Below, one piece after another: positions 1 to 9,241 of a DNA stretch of 64,000 nt. Location of the stretch: contig OZ242383.1 in NCBI GenBank assembly GCA_965209155.1, forward strand, positions 4,000,001 to 4,064,000, read 5' to 3'. How positions within the stretch are numbered: the stretch's first letter is position 1; the number at the start of each line of letters is the position of its first letter. The translations under genes were made by a program, and so were the position numbers. The DNA comes from a bacterium (lineage in GTDB: Bacteria; SAR324; NAC60-12). The notes under the pieces are model-generated. The model was not told the origin of the DNA. It did not search any database and saw only the letters and a program-made list of their open reading frames with translations.

Positions 1-3000
1 CATTGAGAATCGTCGCTTTTTCATAATCCGCGACGATCTGATCCAGCGCCATCTTCCTGGGGTTGATGGTATCTCCGAAATTTGAAGTTTCGCTGATTTT
101 GGAATTTATCCGTTCCCCCAGAAAATCGACCTCTCCCTGGGAGACATAGCGATGCAGAGTGTTTTGCAGCTCCCGGACATTGCCTGGCCAATCGTAGGCC
201 TGCAGGGCTTCCAGAAATCCTGATGTGATGGGCTTTCCTTGTTGAAGCGGTGCCGTGGATTTCAAAAAATGCTCGACCAGCAGAGGGATATCTTCTTTTC
301 TTTCCCGGAGCGGGGGCAGGCGAATGAGAAAGACATGGATCCGGTAATAGAAATCTTCTCGAATTTGCCCCGTCTTTACCCGATGACTCAGCTCCTGGTT
401 TGAAGCCGCAATGAACCGGATATTGGGCTTGATGACCTCGTTGGTGCCAACCGGGGTAAAGCCATTGCCCTCCAGGACACGAAGCAGCTTAACCTGCAGG
501 TTCAGTCCGATATCGGCCAGTTCATCCAGGAATAAAGTGCCTTTGTCGGTCAGGTGCAGAAAACCGCGCTGATCGCTGTCGGCCCCGGTGAAAGCGCCTT
601 TTTTGTGTCCAAAGAACTCGCTCTCGATCAGGTTTTCGGAGATGGCTCCGAGGTTCACCGGGAAAAAAACCTGCTCCTTGCGGTCACTGGCGTCGTGAAT
701 GGCCCGGGAGACCAGTTCTTTCCCGGTCCCCGATTCACCGTAGAGGATCACGTTCGCATCGGTGGCCGCGGCCCGTAAAATCAGCTCGTATACCCGTTGC
801 ATGGGCTCGCTTTTTCCGATAATGTCGCCAAACCGAAAGCGGTCTTTGCTGCGGGCTCGCAGGCGGACATTTTCCTCACGCAGGGAGGTTTCACTCTCTT
901 TCGACTCGTCCAGCGCCTTTTTGAGGTTTTCGTGAAGTCTGGCATTTTCCAGAGAGATGGCGATCTGGGAGCTAAGGTGCTTGATCACCTCAAGTCGCAG
1001 GGGAGTGAAGGCTCCCTCAACCAGATTATTTTCCAGGTAAATAATGCCGCTCAAAGATGACTTATGAATGATCGGCGCACACAGGATCGATTTGGGACGC
1101 TCCCTCCGGATATAGTCATCTTCGGCAAACCGTTCCTCCCGGGAGGCGTTGTCCAAAACCAGGTGTTCCCGGATTTGTTTCACCCAGGAGATGACCGAGA
1201 GGGAGAGGGATTCGGCCTTTTCAACAGGCAGGGAAAGCGGTAGAAAACATTCGACCTGTTCAGTGCTCCCGCGGGCAGCGATGAGAGACTGACCTTCGGT
1301 TTCCAGAATCAGGGTTGCTGTCTGGGCCCCGGCATTTTCCATGAGAATGCCAAGCAGGATTTCAAGCAGCGGTTCCAACTCGAGGGTACTGGAGATGGCC
1401 TCCGAGGCTTTGAGAATCGTCCCCAGATCCAGGTTGGCTGAAGGAGACGCCGCTGCTTCAGTGTGATCATCGGCAATCAGCTCGAGATATCGAGACTTCA
1501 GGTGCGCGACCTTCCGTTTTGCCCCCCAGGCTTCGTACTGCTCCATTGCAGAGCGCAGGTAAGCCCCGGCGGAGTCGTACTTCCCCTGGTTGAGCAAGTA
1601 CCTGGCTGCCAGTTCATCGGCCAGGGCTTCCTCGTGGATAAACTCGCTCTCTCTGGCCAAAGCGATGGCCTGGTCATAGTGGTGCATAATGGTATCGGGA
1701 TCACCATCCAAAACCCGCATCCGTTCGGCTTCCACCAGGTGGTATTTATGCAAATAATTAGGCGGTGCGCAGCGCGCCAGTTTCTCCAATGAATCCTGAT
1801 TGTCATGAACCTGGGTGAAGATCTCTTCCTTTTCCCCATCAGGCCCCTGCCCACAGGTCGCAAGGAGGGCGAGGGACAGGTAGCAGTTGGCCAGGGGATC
1901 AATAAGGGGATCCTTGTAGGTTTTCATCAGGTTGATCATTTCAAAAACCGTCTCCCGGGCTGCTTCGTATTCTCCAAACAGAATTTGCAGCACCAGCTTT
2001 TGGTAATTAAAATGGCTCTGTTCATGGTAGTCGTACTCTGCAACCGTCACCCTGTCGTATGGAACCATGATGGCGGTCGACAGGGTCGCAGGTTCCTCCA
2101 TCAGAATCACGACTGCCTTCATCAGCATTTCGGTCATGGAAAACCCGATAATATAATCGATCTTCTTGAGAACAAGCTTCAACGTCGATAATTCTCCTTT
2201 CAGCCAATTCAGCTCCTTCCCGCACATAAACGCTATACGACTCCTTTCGACGACGCTAGAACCGGCATTGAAGAAATCTCCCGTTTCGATTCCCATCTTA
2301 TGAGCTTCCAGCAAGGGATCCAATGATGCCGATAGCGGCTCCCGGTAGAATCGGATCGCGCGGTTGAACCCCCCGGAAACACTACAGTTTATTTCCTTCA
2401 AATCAAGCGCTTCCATGCTCTGTATGCCCAGACGACCGAGTTCATAACCAAATTCAAAATCCTGCATATGCACGCAATATATATATCCAAGGTGAATATA
2501 GAATTCGGGTGAATGTTGCGGGTGAAAATGATTCAGCAGAAAAGAGATACGTTTTAAAGTAAAGGAGTGCCAAAAACTGTCATTGAAAGTAACCCGAGAC
2601 AAGCCAGAGGCCAAATGGAGCCTATATAGGATATGGACAATAACCTCGGCATGCGGTTGGGTGAGTGGCTCAAAGCGCATCACGTCTGCGACGCTTTTAC
2701 CGACCAGGCTGGGTTTGATTTGAACGAGGGTCTGCTGCCACTGGTCGGGAGAAAGTCGGCTTAGTTGACACCGCAATTTCTCTAGAATTTCCTCGCCCGT
2801 TTCCATGGCTTTCTTCAATTCGCCCTGGGTCGTGTACGCCTGGATCCGGCATAGATAAACGTTTACGAGGTCCGGGTCCTCGCGGGCGTTGTCTTTCACG
2901 GCACCCGCCAGCTTCTCCATCAGGTCAAAACGGCCGCAGAGCCTTGACATCTCCGTGGCCTCCTCATGCAGAGACAAGGCCAGGGAGTACTGTCGTTTCC

Positions 3001-5395
3001 ATGCGGCAACGCCTAAAAGCTCCAGGCCGATGGTAAAATATTCCAAGGCCTGTTCAAAAGCCGAAGCCGCTCTGGCCTGACGGCCGGCTTCCAGGTTGAG
3101 TTCCGCCAGGTGCAATCGTTCTTTCCATTTATCCTTCGCCCTCCGGGCCAGGTTGAGATGGTGGACGATGTCAAAAAGCAGAGCGTCATTTTTTCCAGGA
3201 GCGTATTGCTCGAGCAGGGTCTGACCAATGCGAAGATGGACCGGCTGTTTCTCCCTTTCGGCAATGAGGGCATAGGCCGCCTGCTGCACCCGGTCATGCA
3301 GGAATTTGTAGCTGCCGCTCTCCGCGCTCGCTCCGGCGGCCGGATTATCCAGCTGCGGAGCCTGGGAAAAACCGAGAATCAACCCGGTTTCCAAGGCCGG
3401 TAACAGGTTCTCATCGATCTCCCTGCCCCCTGCTCCACTGATCAGTTCCAACGATTCCAGGTCAAAGGTATTGCCGATGCAGGCCGCCAGGCTCAAGAGT
3501 CGCCTGGTTTCAGGGGAAAACCGATGGAGCCGGTCAATCAACAAATCCACCACATTATCGGTCACTGCCAGGAATTCGATGGCAGCCAGCTCCCAGGTCC
3601 ATCGTTTTTCCTCAGGTGAGTAGCGGATCAGCTCCTTCTCGGAAAGTAGGGTCAAGAACTGGCTCACAAAGAAGGGATTGCCACCGGTTTTGCGCACCAG
3701 AACCTTGGCCAGCGGGTTTGCCTCCTCAGGACGGCAGTGGCATGTTTGGACGAGCAGTTGTGAGATGTGTTCCGGGTTGAGGGGTTTTAAGGGAATCGTT
3801 TGCAGCGGCTGGCCTGATTTTTTGATCACCTCACAACTGATCATCAGCCGGTGGCCGGCATCCACCTTGTTTTCGCGATAGGCTCCCAGGAAAAGCAGAG
3901 GTTTCCTCTCCGGATCCTGGGCGATGCGTTCCACCAGCTTGAGAGTATCGGCGTCCACCCACTGCAAGTCGTCCAGAAATATAACCAGCGGCTGGTTTTT
4001 TTCACAGAAAAGGTCGATAACATCCAGTAAAACGGCAGTGAAACGGTTGCGGGACTCCAGCGCTCCCATTTCCGGCAGCGGGGGTTGCGGGCCGATCACC
4101 TGTTCCAGTTCCGGGATCACCCGGGTCACCAGTTGTCCGTTGGGCCCCAGGGCCGCCCGTATCCTGCTTTTCCAACGCTCCATTCCGGATTGGCCTTCGG
4201 CCGATACCTCCCGGATAAGCCCCCGCAGCGCCTGGATCAAAGCGCTGTAGGGGATATTGTGCCGGAGCTGGTCAAACTTGCCGGAGATGAAGAAGCCGTT
4301 TTTTTGGGCAACGGACCGGTGAATTTCACCGACCAGGGCGGTTTTGCCGACACCGGCGCTTCCCGAGACCAGCACCATCTCGGTCGTTCCCTGGCTGATT
4401 CGCTCCAGGGCGTCCTCCAGGGCGGCGATTTCATCCGCCCGGCCGTAAAGCCCCGGGGCGATCTGCAGCTCTTTCGGGATGTCATGGCGGCCCAGGGGAA
4501 AGTCGGACAGGCTCCCCTGGTTTTCGAGCTGCTCCACACATGCCAGGAGATCAGCTGAAAGGCCCGAATGACTCTGGTAGCGCGCCTCGGCACGCTTGGC
4601 CATCAGTTTCATGACCAGATTAGAAAGAGTTTTGGGCACCTGCGGCGCTATCTGGTCCAGGGGTACAGGCTGTCGGGCAATGTGAGCGTGGATGATTTCC
4701 ATGGCCTCCCGGGATTGGAATGGTACCCTTCCGGTGAAAAGTTCATAAAGGGTGGTTCCCAGGGAATAAAAATCACTGCGATAATCGAGGGGGCGGTTCA
4801 TCCGGCCGGTCTGTTCGGGGGAGATATAGAGCAGGGTTTCCCCGCTAAGCTGGGGGCTCAACGTCGTCAAATTTTTCCGGGGAAGCCGGATAGCCAGGCC
4901 GAAACCGGTCAGTTTGACCGTTCTCGATGCCGGATCGACAAAAATATTGAACGGGTTGATCATTTTATGCAGGATGCCCTGCCGGTGCACTTCTTCCAGG
5001 ATGCCGGCCAGTGAAACCGCTATTTTCAGCGAGTCCAGCAGGTCGAGCCGGGCGGCATCCATCAGCTTTCTTAAAGGAAGCCCTTCCGTGTTTTCCAGGA
5101 TCAAGACTGATCCGTTTTCATATTGCACCACTTCCTCTGACCTGAGGACCCCATCGATCTTAAGAGCCTGGGTGATCTCATGCTCATGCCGCATTTCCGC
5201 CAACTCCTGCGCGCTCTGCTCGGAAGATGCCGCGCCCTTGATCAGAACCCAAAGCCCGTCCCTTTGCCGCCTGCCGCGGTAGAGCCGGGTCCGCCCACTT
5301 TCAAAAATAACCTCCTCACACAAATAACCTGGATTGATCCTGTTTTTGGGTTGACCTTTTTGGAGTACTTGTGCCAGTTGTTCGTCGCTATACAT
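1..5395 (-). CDS. Giant multidomain signalling protein: Ser/Thr kinase-like domain, AAA ATPase, helical/TPR-like region, GAF, sigma-54 activator (3' end lies outside the window)
   Basis: Manual translation from ATG 5395 (MYSDEQLAQ...) stays open to position 2. Motifs: HKMINPFN / KLTGFG / YISPEQTGRMNRPLDYRSDFYSLG (kinase), VSGSAGVGKT and LVIFLDDLQW (AAA), GIIYLENN (GAF), GESGTGKE, GHKKGAFTGA, TLFLDE, WPGNVRELQN (bEBP). Missed by the ORF track because there is no stop in the window. Confidence 0.9.
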   Translation of the reverse strand, partial: MYSDEQLAQVLQKGQPKNRINPGYLCEEVIFESGRTRLYRGRRQRDGLWVLIKGAASSEQSAQELAEMRHEHEITQALKIDGVLRSEEVVQYENGSVLILENTEGLPLRKLMDAARLDLLDSLKIAVSLAGILEEVHRQGILHKMINPFNIFVDPASRTVKLTGFGLAIRLPRKNLTTLSPQLSGETLLYISPEQTGRMNRPLDYRSDFYSLGTTLYELFTGRVPFQSREAMEIIHAHIARQPVPLDQIAPQVPKTLSNLVMKLMAKRAEARYQSHSGLSADLLACVEQLENQGSLSDFPLGRHDIPKELQIAPGLYGRADEIAALEDALERISQGTTEMVLVSGSAGVGKTALVGEIHRSVAQKNGFFISGKFDQLRHNIPYSALIQALRGLIREVSAEGQSGMERWKSRIRAALGPNGQLVTRVIPELEQVIGPQPPLPEMGALESRNRFTAVLLDVIDLFCEKNQPLVIFLDDLQWVDADTLKLVERIAQDPERKPLLFLGAYRENKVDAGHRLMISCEVIKKSGQPLQTIPLKPLNPEHISQLLVQTCHCRPEEANPLAKVLVRKTGGNPFFVSQFLTLLSEKELIRYSPEEKRWTWELAAIEFLAVTDNVVDLLIDRLHRFSPETRRLLSLAACIGNTFDLESLELISGAGGREIDENLLPALETGLILGFSQAPQLDNPAAGASAESGSYKFLHDRVQQAAYALIAEREKQPVHLRIGQTLLEQYAPGKNDALLFDIVHHLNLARRAKDKWKERLHLAELNLEAGRQARAASAFEQALEYFTIGLELLGVAAWKRQYSLALSLHEEATEMSRLCGRFDLMEKLAGAVKDNAREDPDLVNVYLCRIQAYTTQGELKKAMETGEEILEKLRCQLSRLSPDQWQQTLVQIKPSLVGKSVADVMRFEPLTQPHAEVIVHILYRLHLASGLSRVTFNDSFWHSFTLKRISFLLNHFHPQHSPEFYIHLGYIYCVHMQDFEFGYELGRLGIQSMEALDLKEINCSVSGGFNRAIRFYREPLSASLDPLLEAHKMGIETGDFFNAGSSVVERSRIAFMCGKELNWLKGELSTLKLVLKKIDYIIGFSMTEMLMKAVVILMEEPATLSTAIMVPYDRVTVAEYDYHEQSHFNYQKLVLQILFGEYEAARETVFEMINLMKTYKDPLIDPLANCYLSLALLATCGQGPDGEKEEIFTQVHDNQDSLEKLARCAPPNYLHKYHLVEAERMRVLDGDPDTIMHHYDQAIALARESEFIHEEALADELAARYLLNQGKYDSAGAYLRSAMEQYEAWGAKRKVAHLKSRYLELIADDHTEAAASPSANLDLGTILKASEAISSTLELEPLLEILLGILMENAGAQTATLILETEGQSLIAARGSTEQVECFLPLSLPVEKAESLSLSVISWVKQIREHLVLDNASREERFAEDDYIRRERPKSILCAPIIHKSSLSGIIYLENNLVEGAFTPLRLEVIKHLSSQIAISLENARLHENLKKALDESKESETSLREENVRLRARSKDRFRFGDIIGKSEPMQRVYELILRAAATDANVILYGESGTGKELVSRAIHDASDRKEQVFFPVNLGAISENLIESEFFGHKKGAFTGADSDQRGFLHLTDKGTLFLDELADIGLNLQVKLLRVLEGNGFTPVGTNEVIKPNIRFIAASNQELSHRVKTGQIREDFYYRIHVFLIRLPPLRERKEDIPLLVEHFLKSTAPLQQGKPITSGFLEALQAYDWPGNVRELQNTLHRYVSQGEVDFLGERINSKISETSNFGDTINPRKMALDQIVADYEKATILN

Positions 5396-5524
5396 TCTGT
5401 GACCTCCCTGGCTCCTATAGGAAGGCAAAAGAATCCCCTTTCTCTCCCATATCCTGATGGTTTCAACGGTTTTACCTACTTTTTTTGCAAACCGACCAAT
5501 ACTGTACATTTGTGATCTGTCCCG

Positions 5525-5805
5525 AATGAGTGATTGTGAGGAATTCATATAAAATTGTTCTCATAACGATTCAAGATATTTACAGATATTTACAGATATT
5601 GTTTTAACTGATCCTGCGGGAGGATGATGTTATGTGACATCTTTACCTCAAAAACCATTTTGCAATGAGTGATTGTGGGGAATTCATATAAAATAGAATT
5701 CATAACGATTCAAGATATTTACAGATATTTACAGATATTGTTTTAACTGATCCTGCGGGAGGATGATGTTATGTGACATCTTTACCTCAAAAACCATTTT
5801 GCAAT
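5525..5805. repeat. Tandem direct duplication of a 139-bp AT-rich unit, each copy with an internal AGATATTTAC-like triplet
   Basis: AATGAGTGATTGTG...CCATTTTGCAAT starts at 5525 and again at 5664, with only a few substitutions. Confidence 0.95.
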
Positions 5806-5892
5806 AAAAAAAATCAGCGTGAGTGTCGTAAAAAATTTCAACTAGAATTGGGATTGACCCTTTATTTTTAATATTGAAATGTTTTCTGAAAA

Positions 5893-6424
5893 AGTCATCA
5901 CCACCGGCAGAGCCGGTGGCTTGAAGAGGCCCCCAGGATGGGGGCAAAACGTGTTCGTCATCGTAAGACGTGCTCGTGCTCGTGAACGAAAAAGGCTGCC
6001 ATGTTAGATCATGAAAAACTCGATGTATACCAATGTTCCATCGAATTTTTAGCGTTATCTGTCCAAGTCATCGAAACATTGCCAAAAGGATCTCAGCCTT
6101 AGTTGACCAACTGAAAAGGACCTCATGGTCGATTCCTCTCCTGACAAGCAACGATTCTATGCATTGGCCCGAGGTTCCGCAATGGAATGCGCTGCTATTC
6201 TCGATGTTTTAAACGTGTTGAAGATCATCCAGCCTCCTTTATTTGACGAAGGAAAACAGTTACTTCATCGCATTGTTTCTATGTTAACCAAAATGTGCCG
6301 TCGAATTCACTGACCGTTCACGAGCACGAGCACGGCTAACGGACACGGATACGTTTCTCATGTCTGACCGGCAAAGCCTATTAGGTTCGCACCAGCAGAG
6401 CTGGTGGTTTAATGAGATTAATTA
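5893..6424 (-). mobile_element. Non-autonomous IS200/IS605-like (palindrome-ended) element, copy 1, carrying a four-helix-bundle cassette
   Basis: Subterminal hairpins CCACCGGCAGAGCCGGTGG and CACCAGCAGAGCTGGTG; near-identical copy at 19002-19569; no target-site duplication; no tnpA. Confidence 0.75.
6001..6313 (+). pseudogene. Four-helix-bundle protein (TIGR02436 / 23S rRNA IVS protein family), disrupted
   Basis: MLDHEKLDVYQ...DQLKR...RFYALARGSAMECAAILD; a 1-bp deletion and a ~35-bp deletion relative to copy 2. Confidence 0.85.
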
Positions 6425-7138
6425 TTTTATTCTGATGAATTTAGGATGGTTACCTGCAATGACGACTGTTATTTCTCCCTTAGGCTTTTTTTCGGCAAAT
6501 TGATCACAAAGATTCGCAAGATAATTTCGATGCACCTTTTGAAATTTCTTAGTCAGTTCCATACAAACGGCAGCTTTTCGATTGCCCAGAATGAGATAAG
6601 CATCTTGCAAGAATTGGTAAATGCGGTGAGGAGATTCAAAAAAAACCAATGTGTGAGGAGTCAGTGAGTCCTTTTCGATGAATTTTTTCCGTTGCCCTGA
6701 CTTATGCGGGGAAAATCCTTTGAAGAGGAAGCTGGCTGTTGACAAACCGGAGGCCACAACGGCTGTTGAAACTACGCTGGGACCGGGAATCACATCTATT
6801 TCAAAGCCAGCTTCAAGAGAGGCAGATACAATTTTATACCCCGGGTCACTGATACCGGGATAGCCTGCGTCCGAACACAATGCTACCGAGTAACCCAGTT
6901 TCAGAAAATTGAGGATTCTCGACCCCGATTCTACTGCATTGTGTTCGTGATAAGACAGGATGATCTTTGGACTTGGAACGGCATATCGTACAAAAATCTT
7001 CCGGGTTCGTCGCGTATCCTCACAAGCCAGGACATCCACTTCACCTAATACACGAATTGCCCTCCAAGTCATATCTTCCAAATTGCCTATTGCAGTAGAA
7101 ACGAGAATTAAAGTTCCTTTAGCTGCTTCAGTATTCAT
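6422..7138 (-). CDS. rsmI: 16S rRNA (cytidine1402-2'-O)-methyltransferase
   Basis: GTLILVSTAIGNLEDMT, CEDTR, SDAGYPGISDPG, FFESPHR, ELTK, KGE motifs. Confidence 0.95.
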   Translation of the reverse strand: MNTEAAKGTLILVSTAIGNLEDMTWRAIRVLGEVDVLACEDTRRTRKIFVRYAVPSPKIILSYHEHNAVESGSRILNFLKLGYSVALCSDAGYPGISDPGYKIVSASLEAGFEIDVIPGPSVVSTAVVASGLSTASFLFKGFSPHKSGQRKKFIEKDSLTPHTLVFFESPHRIYQFLQDAYLILGNRKAAVCMELTKKFQKVHRNYLANLCDQFAEKKPKGEITVVIAGNHPKFIRIK

Positions 7139-7171
7139 TGTCAGAAGAACTTAAATTTAAATAATTCAGTT

Positions 7172-8278
7172 TTATGGTGTGACATGTACTTTGTCTTTCA
7201 AACGTTCAGGTAAATAGAGAGATATATCTATATTTTTCTCCGAAAAATACCCATTCTCCAGCAATTGGTAGTCAATCAAAAGAATTCCATCTGTTTGTTT
7301 GACCTCTTGGATTTTAAATTCATGAAATGAATTCGGCCAACCATTTCCTTGAACGACAGTTTGAATATATCCACGTTCTTCATCCGGATAATAAATGCTG
7401 ATATTTTCTTGGCTCACATTTGTATGCAGTTTTACTTGTTGCACCATCTCATCGAGAGACAATCCAAATTTGTGTTCTTCGAATTTTGGTCGACGAGCCA
7501 AAAAGAAATAAACCATCACCGATGTAATCAAGACCAACAAAAGACGCAAACCGATTCTCTTTTTCAAAGGTAGTATCTTTTGCGGATTCCATGCTTGGAT
7601 ATAAGGCACAAAAAAGCAGGATAAAAGGATGGTGAGCAATACATTGATTCCCAATGCCCACAGAGCATCACTGGGGAAATGTCCTCCCTGTCCCACTCGG
7701 GCGATGCTCATCAGCGTACCGTATAATAAACCAAAACCCGTTCCCGTCAATGCAATCCATCGTGACTGCCGATACAGCACTATTGTACTGACAAAAACAT
7801 AGGAGATAGCGCAATGTCCGCACGGGAAAGATTTCCCCTTTCCAGGAATGCCGGGTTCATACATAGGGCGATATTCCCATTTCCCACCAAATTCCTCGAC
7901 TTGTCGAGGTCGAGCCCGTCCCCAATGGTCCTTAAGAATAGCATTGACTAAGATTCCTGCGCCGAGGACGGGAGTCAAGACCAGGACCCAAAGGTAGCTT
8001 CGCCATGGAGAGAGCTTCGGTTTGAGGTATGTCTGGTACAAAAACACAATCGCCCCGACGGTAAATAGCAGGCCGGGAATACTTCCGTAGGCATACAACC
8101 ATTGCCAAGGTTGGATATCGATGAGCAGCCAACCCTCAGCTGGAGAAAATAGCTTGGCAGTCCACCGGCGGTCCAAATCCAGTCTGACAATGATGACGCT
8201 CACCCCAATCAAAACCAGCAAGGTCGTGGCAAGGTAATAGAAACCAGGCTTATTGAGTGAGCAACGCGCTTTATGCAT
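7172..8278 (-). CDS. PAP2-family membrane phosphatase with C-terminal soluble extension
   Basis: KDHWGRARP, SFPCGH, RVGQGGHFPSD motifs; multiple hydrophobic segments. Confidence 0.85.
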   Translation of the reverse strand: MHKARCSLNKPGFYYLATTLLVLIGVSVIIVRLDLDRRWTAKLFSPAEGWLLIDIQPWQWLYAYGSIPGLLFTVGAIVFLYQTYLKPKLSPWRSYLWVLVLTPVLGAGILVNAILKDHWGRARPRQVEEFGGKWEYRPMYEPGIPGKGKSFPCGHCAISYVFVSTIVLYRQSRWIALTGTGFGLLYGTLMSIARVGQGGHFPSDALWALGINVLLTILLSCFFVPYIQAWNPQKILPLKKRIGLRLLLVLITSVMVYFFLARRPKFEEHKFGLSLDEMVQQVKLHTNVSQENISIYYPDEERGYIQTVVQGNGWPNSFHEFKIQEVKQTDGILLIDYQLLENGYFSEKNIDISLYLPERLKDKVHVTP

Positions 8279-8373
8279 GGGCTAAAATAATAAATTCCCC
8301 ACCAAATTGCTCAGGTTCAGCAGAGAAAAGGCGGTAAAGATAATTGTTCAATTTATGCGAATCGTGGGAGATT

Positions 8374-9195
8374 TTAAATCAAATGCGTCATTTCTACTAT
8401 CAAAGACAACAGCAACAGAAATGAAGCAATGATGGACCAAATTGCACTAAATCGTTGCTGATGTCCCGGAAATAATCGACGCAGCAGAAACAATGCGTAA
8501 AACAACCAAACCAGCAATACAATTCCAAGACGCCAGATATTTCGCACACTTTGCAGTCCGTCACTGAGCAATATTCCCAAAATCAATCCAAGGGTGAAGA
8601 AAAGAAATCCCATGGTGACTGACCGGTTGCTTATTTGATCAAGGGTGGTTAGCGAAGGGAAACGATGTATGAGCACCTTGACCAGCTTGGTTTTAATTTG
8701 ATGCTCTTGATAGAGAAACAAAATACTGGAAATACAAGAGATCCCAAAAAGTATATATCCTGCAATCAGCGTGGTGATGTGACTGATCAACAATGTTTGA
8801 TGAAAAAGTTGCGCATGCTGAATCGAAGCCAATGTGGGTAAATTTTGCTTAAGAAATCCCCAGGAAATCAGCAACAAAATCACCGTAAAAAGTGGGATAC
8901 TGGTAGCGCTTATCTCACTGTTTATCCATTTCCTGAAGAGCAGGTAAATAAAAACAGGCAGCCAGGCGATGGTATTGATTATGTCGGGAATAAGTCGCTC
9001 AGGCCACGAATGGGTGAACAGGATTAAGATCAAGATAACCGCATGCAGCAGACAAGCGCCTTGAAGAGTACGAATTCCAAAAAGAGGAGAAAGGCTCAAA
9101 TATTTTTCAAACAATGAAAATTGACTGCACCAGCCGATCAAATATAGACCGATACTCGCCAAAATTCCTACTTCAATAAACATTTTTTGATCCAC
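8374..9195 (-). CDS. Cytochrome c assembly (CcsA/YpjD/HemX-like) membrane protein
   Basis: About 8 TM segments; LISHI, LYQEHQIKTK...FPSLTTLD, GFLFFTLGLILG pattern. Confidence 0.75.
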   Translation of the reverse strand: MDQKMFIEVGILASIGLYLIGWCSQFSLFEKYLSLSPLFGIRTLQGACLLHAVILILILFTHSWPERLIPDIINTIAWLPVFIYLLFRKWINSEISATSIPLFTVILLLISWGFLKQNLPTLASIQHAQLFHQTLLISHITTLIAGYILFGISCISSILFLYQEHQIKTKLVKVLIHRFPSLTTLDQISNRSVTMGFLFFTLGLILGILLSDGLQSVRNIWRLGIVLLVWLFYALFLLRRLFPGHQQRFSAIWSIIASFLLLLSLIVEMTHLI

Positions 9196-9241
9196 TACAA
9201 AGCGAACGGGGCTCAGGCAAGGTATTAAAAAGCAAGAATTG

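Noticed and set aside
554..5515. Numerous plus-strand and short minus-strand ORFs in the track
   Set aside because: They are shadows of the giant minus-strand gene.
5640..5670. Sigma-54 promoter at TTTTGCAAT
   Set aside because: No correctly spaced -24 GG element.
5893..6424. 23S rRNA intervening sequence or rRNA gene
   Set aside because: No rRNA sequence flanks either copy, and no rRNA or tRNA was recognised in the window.
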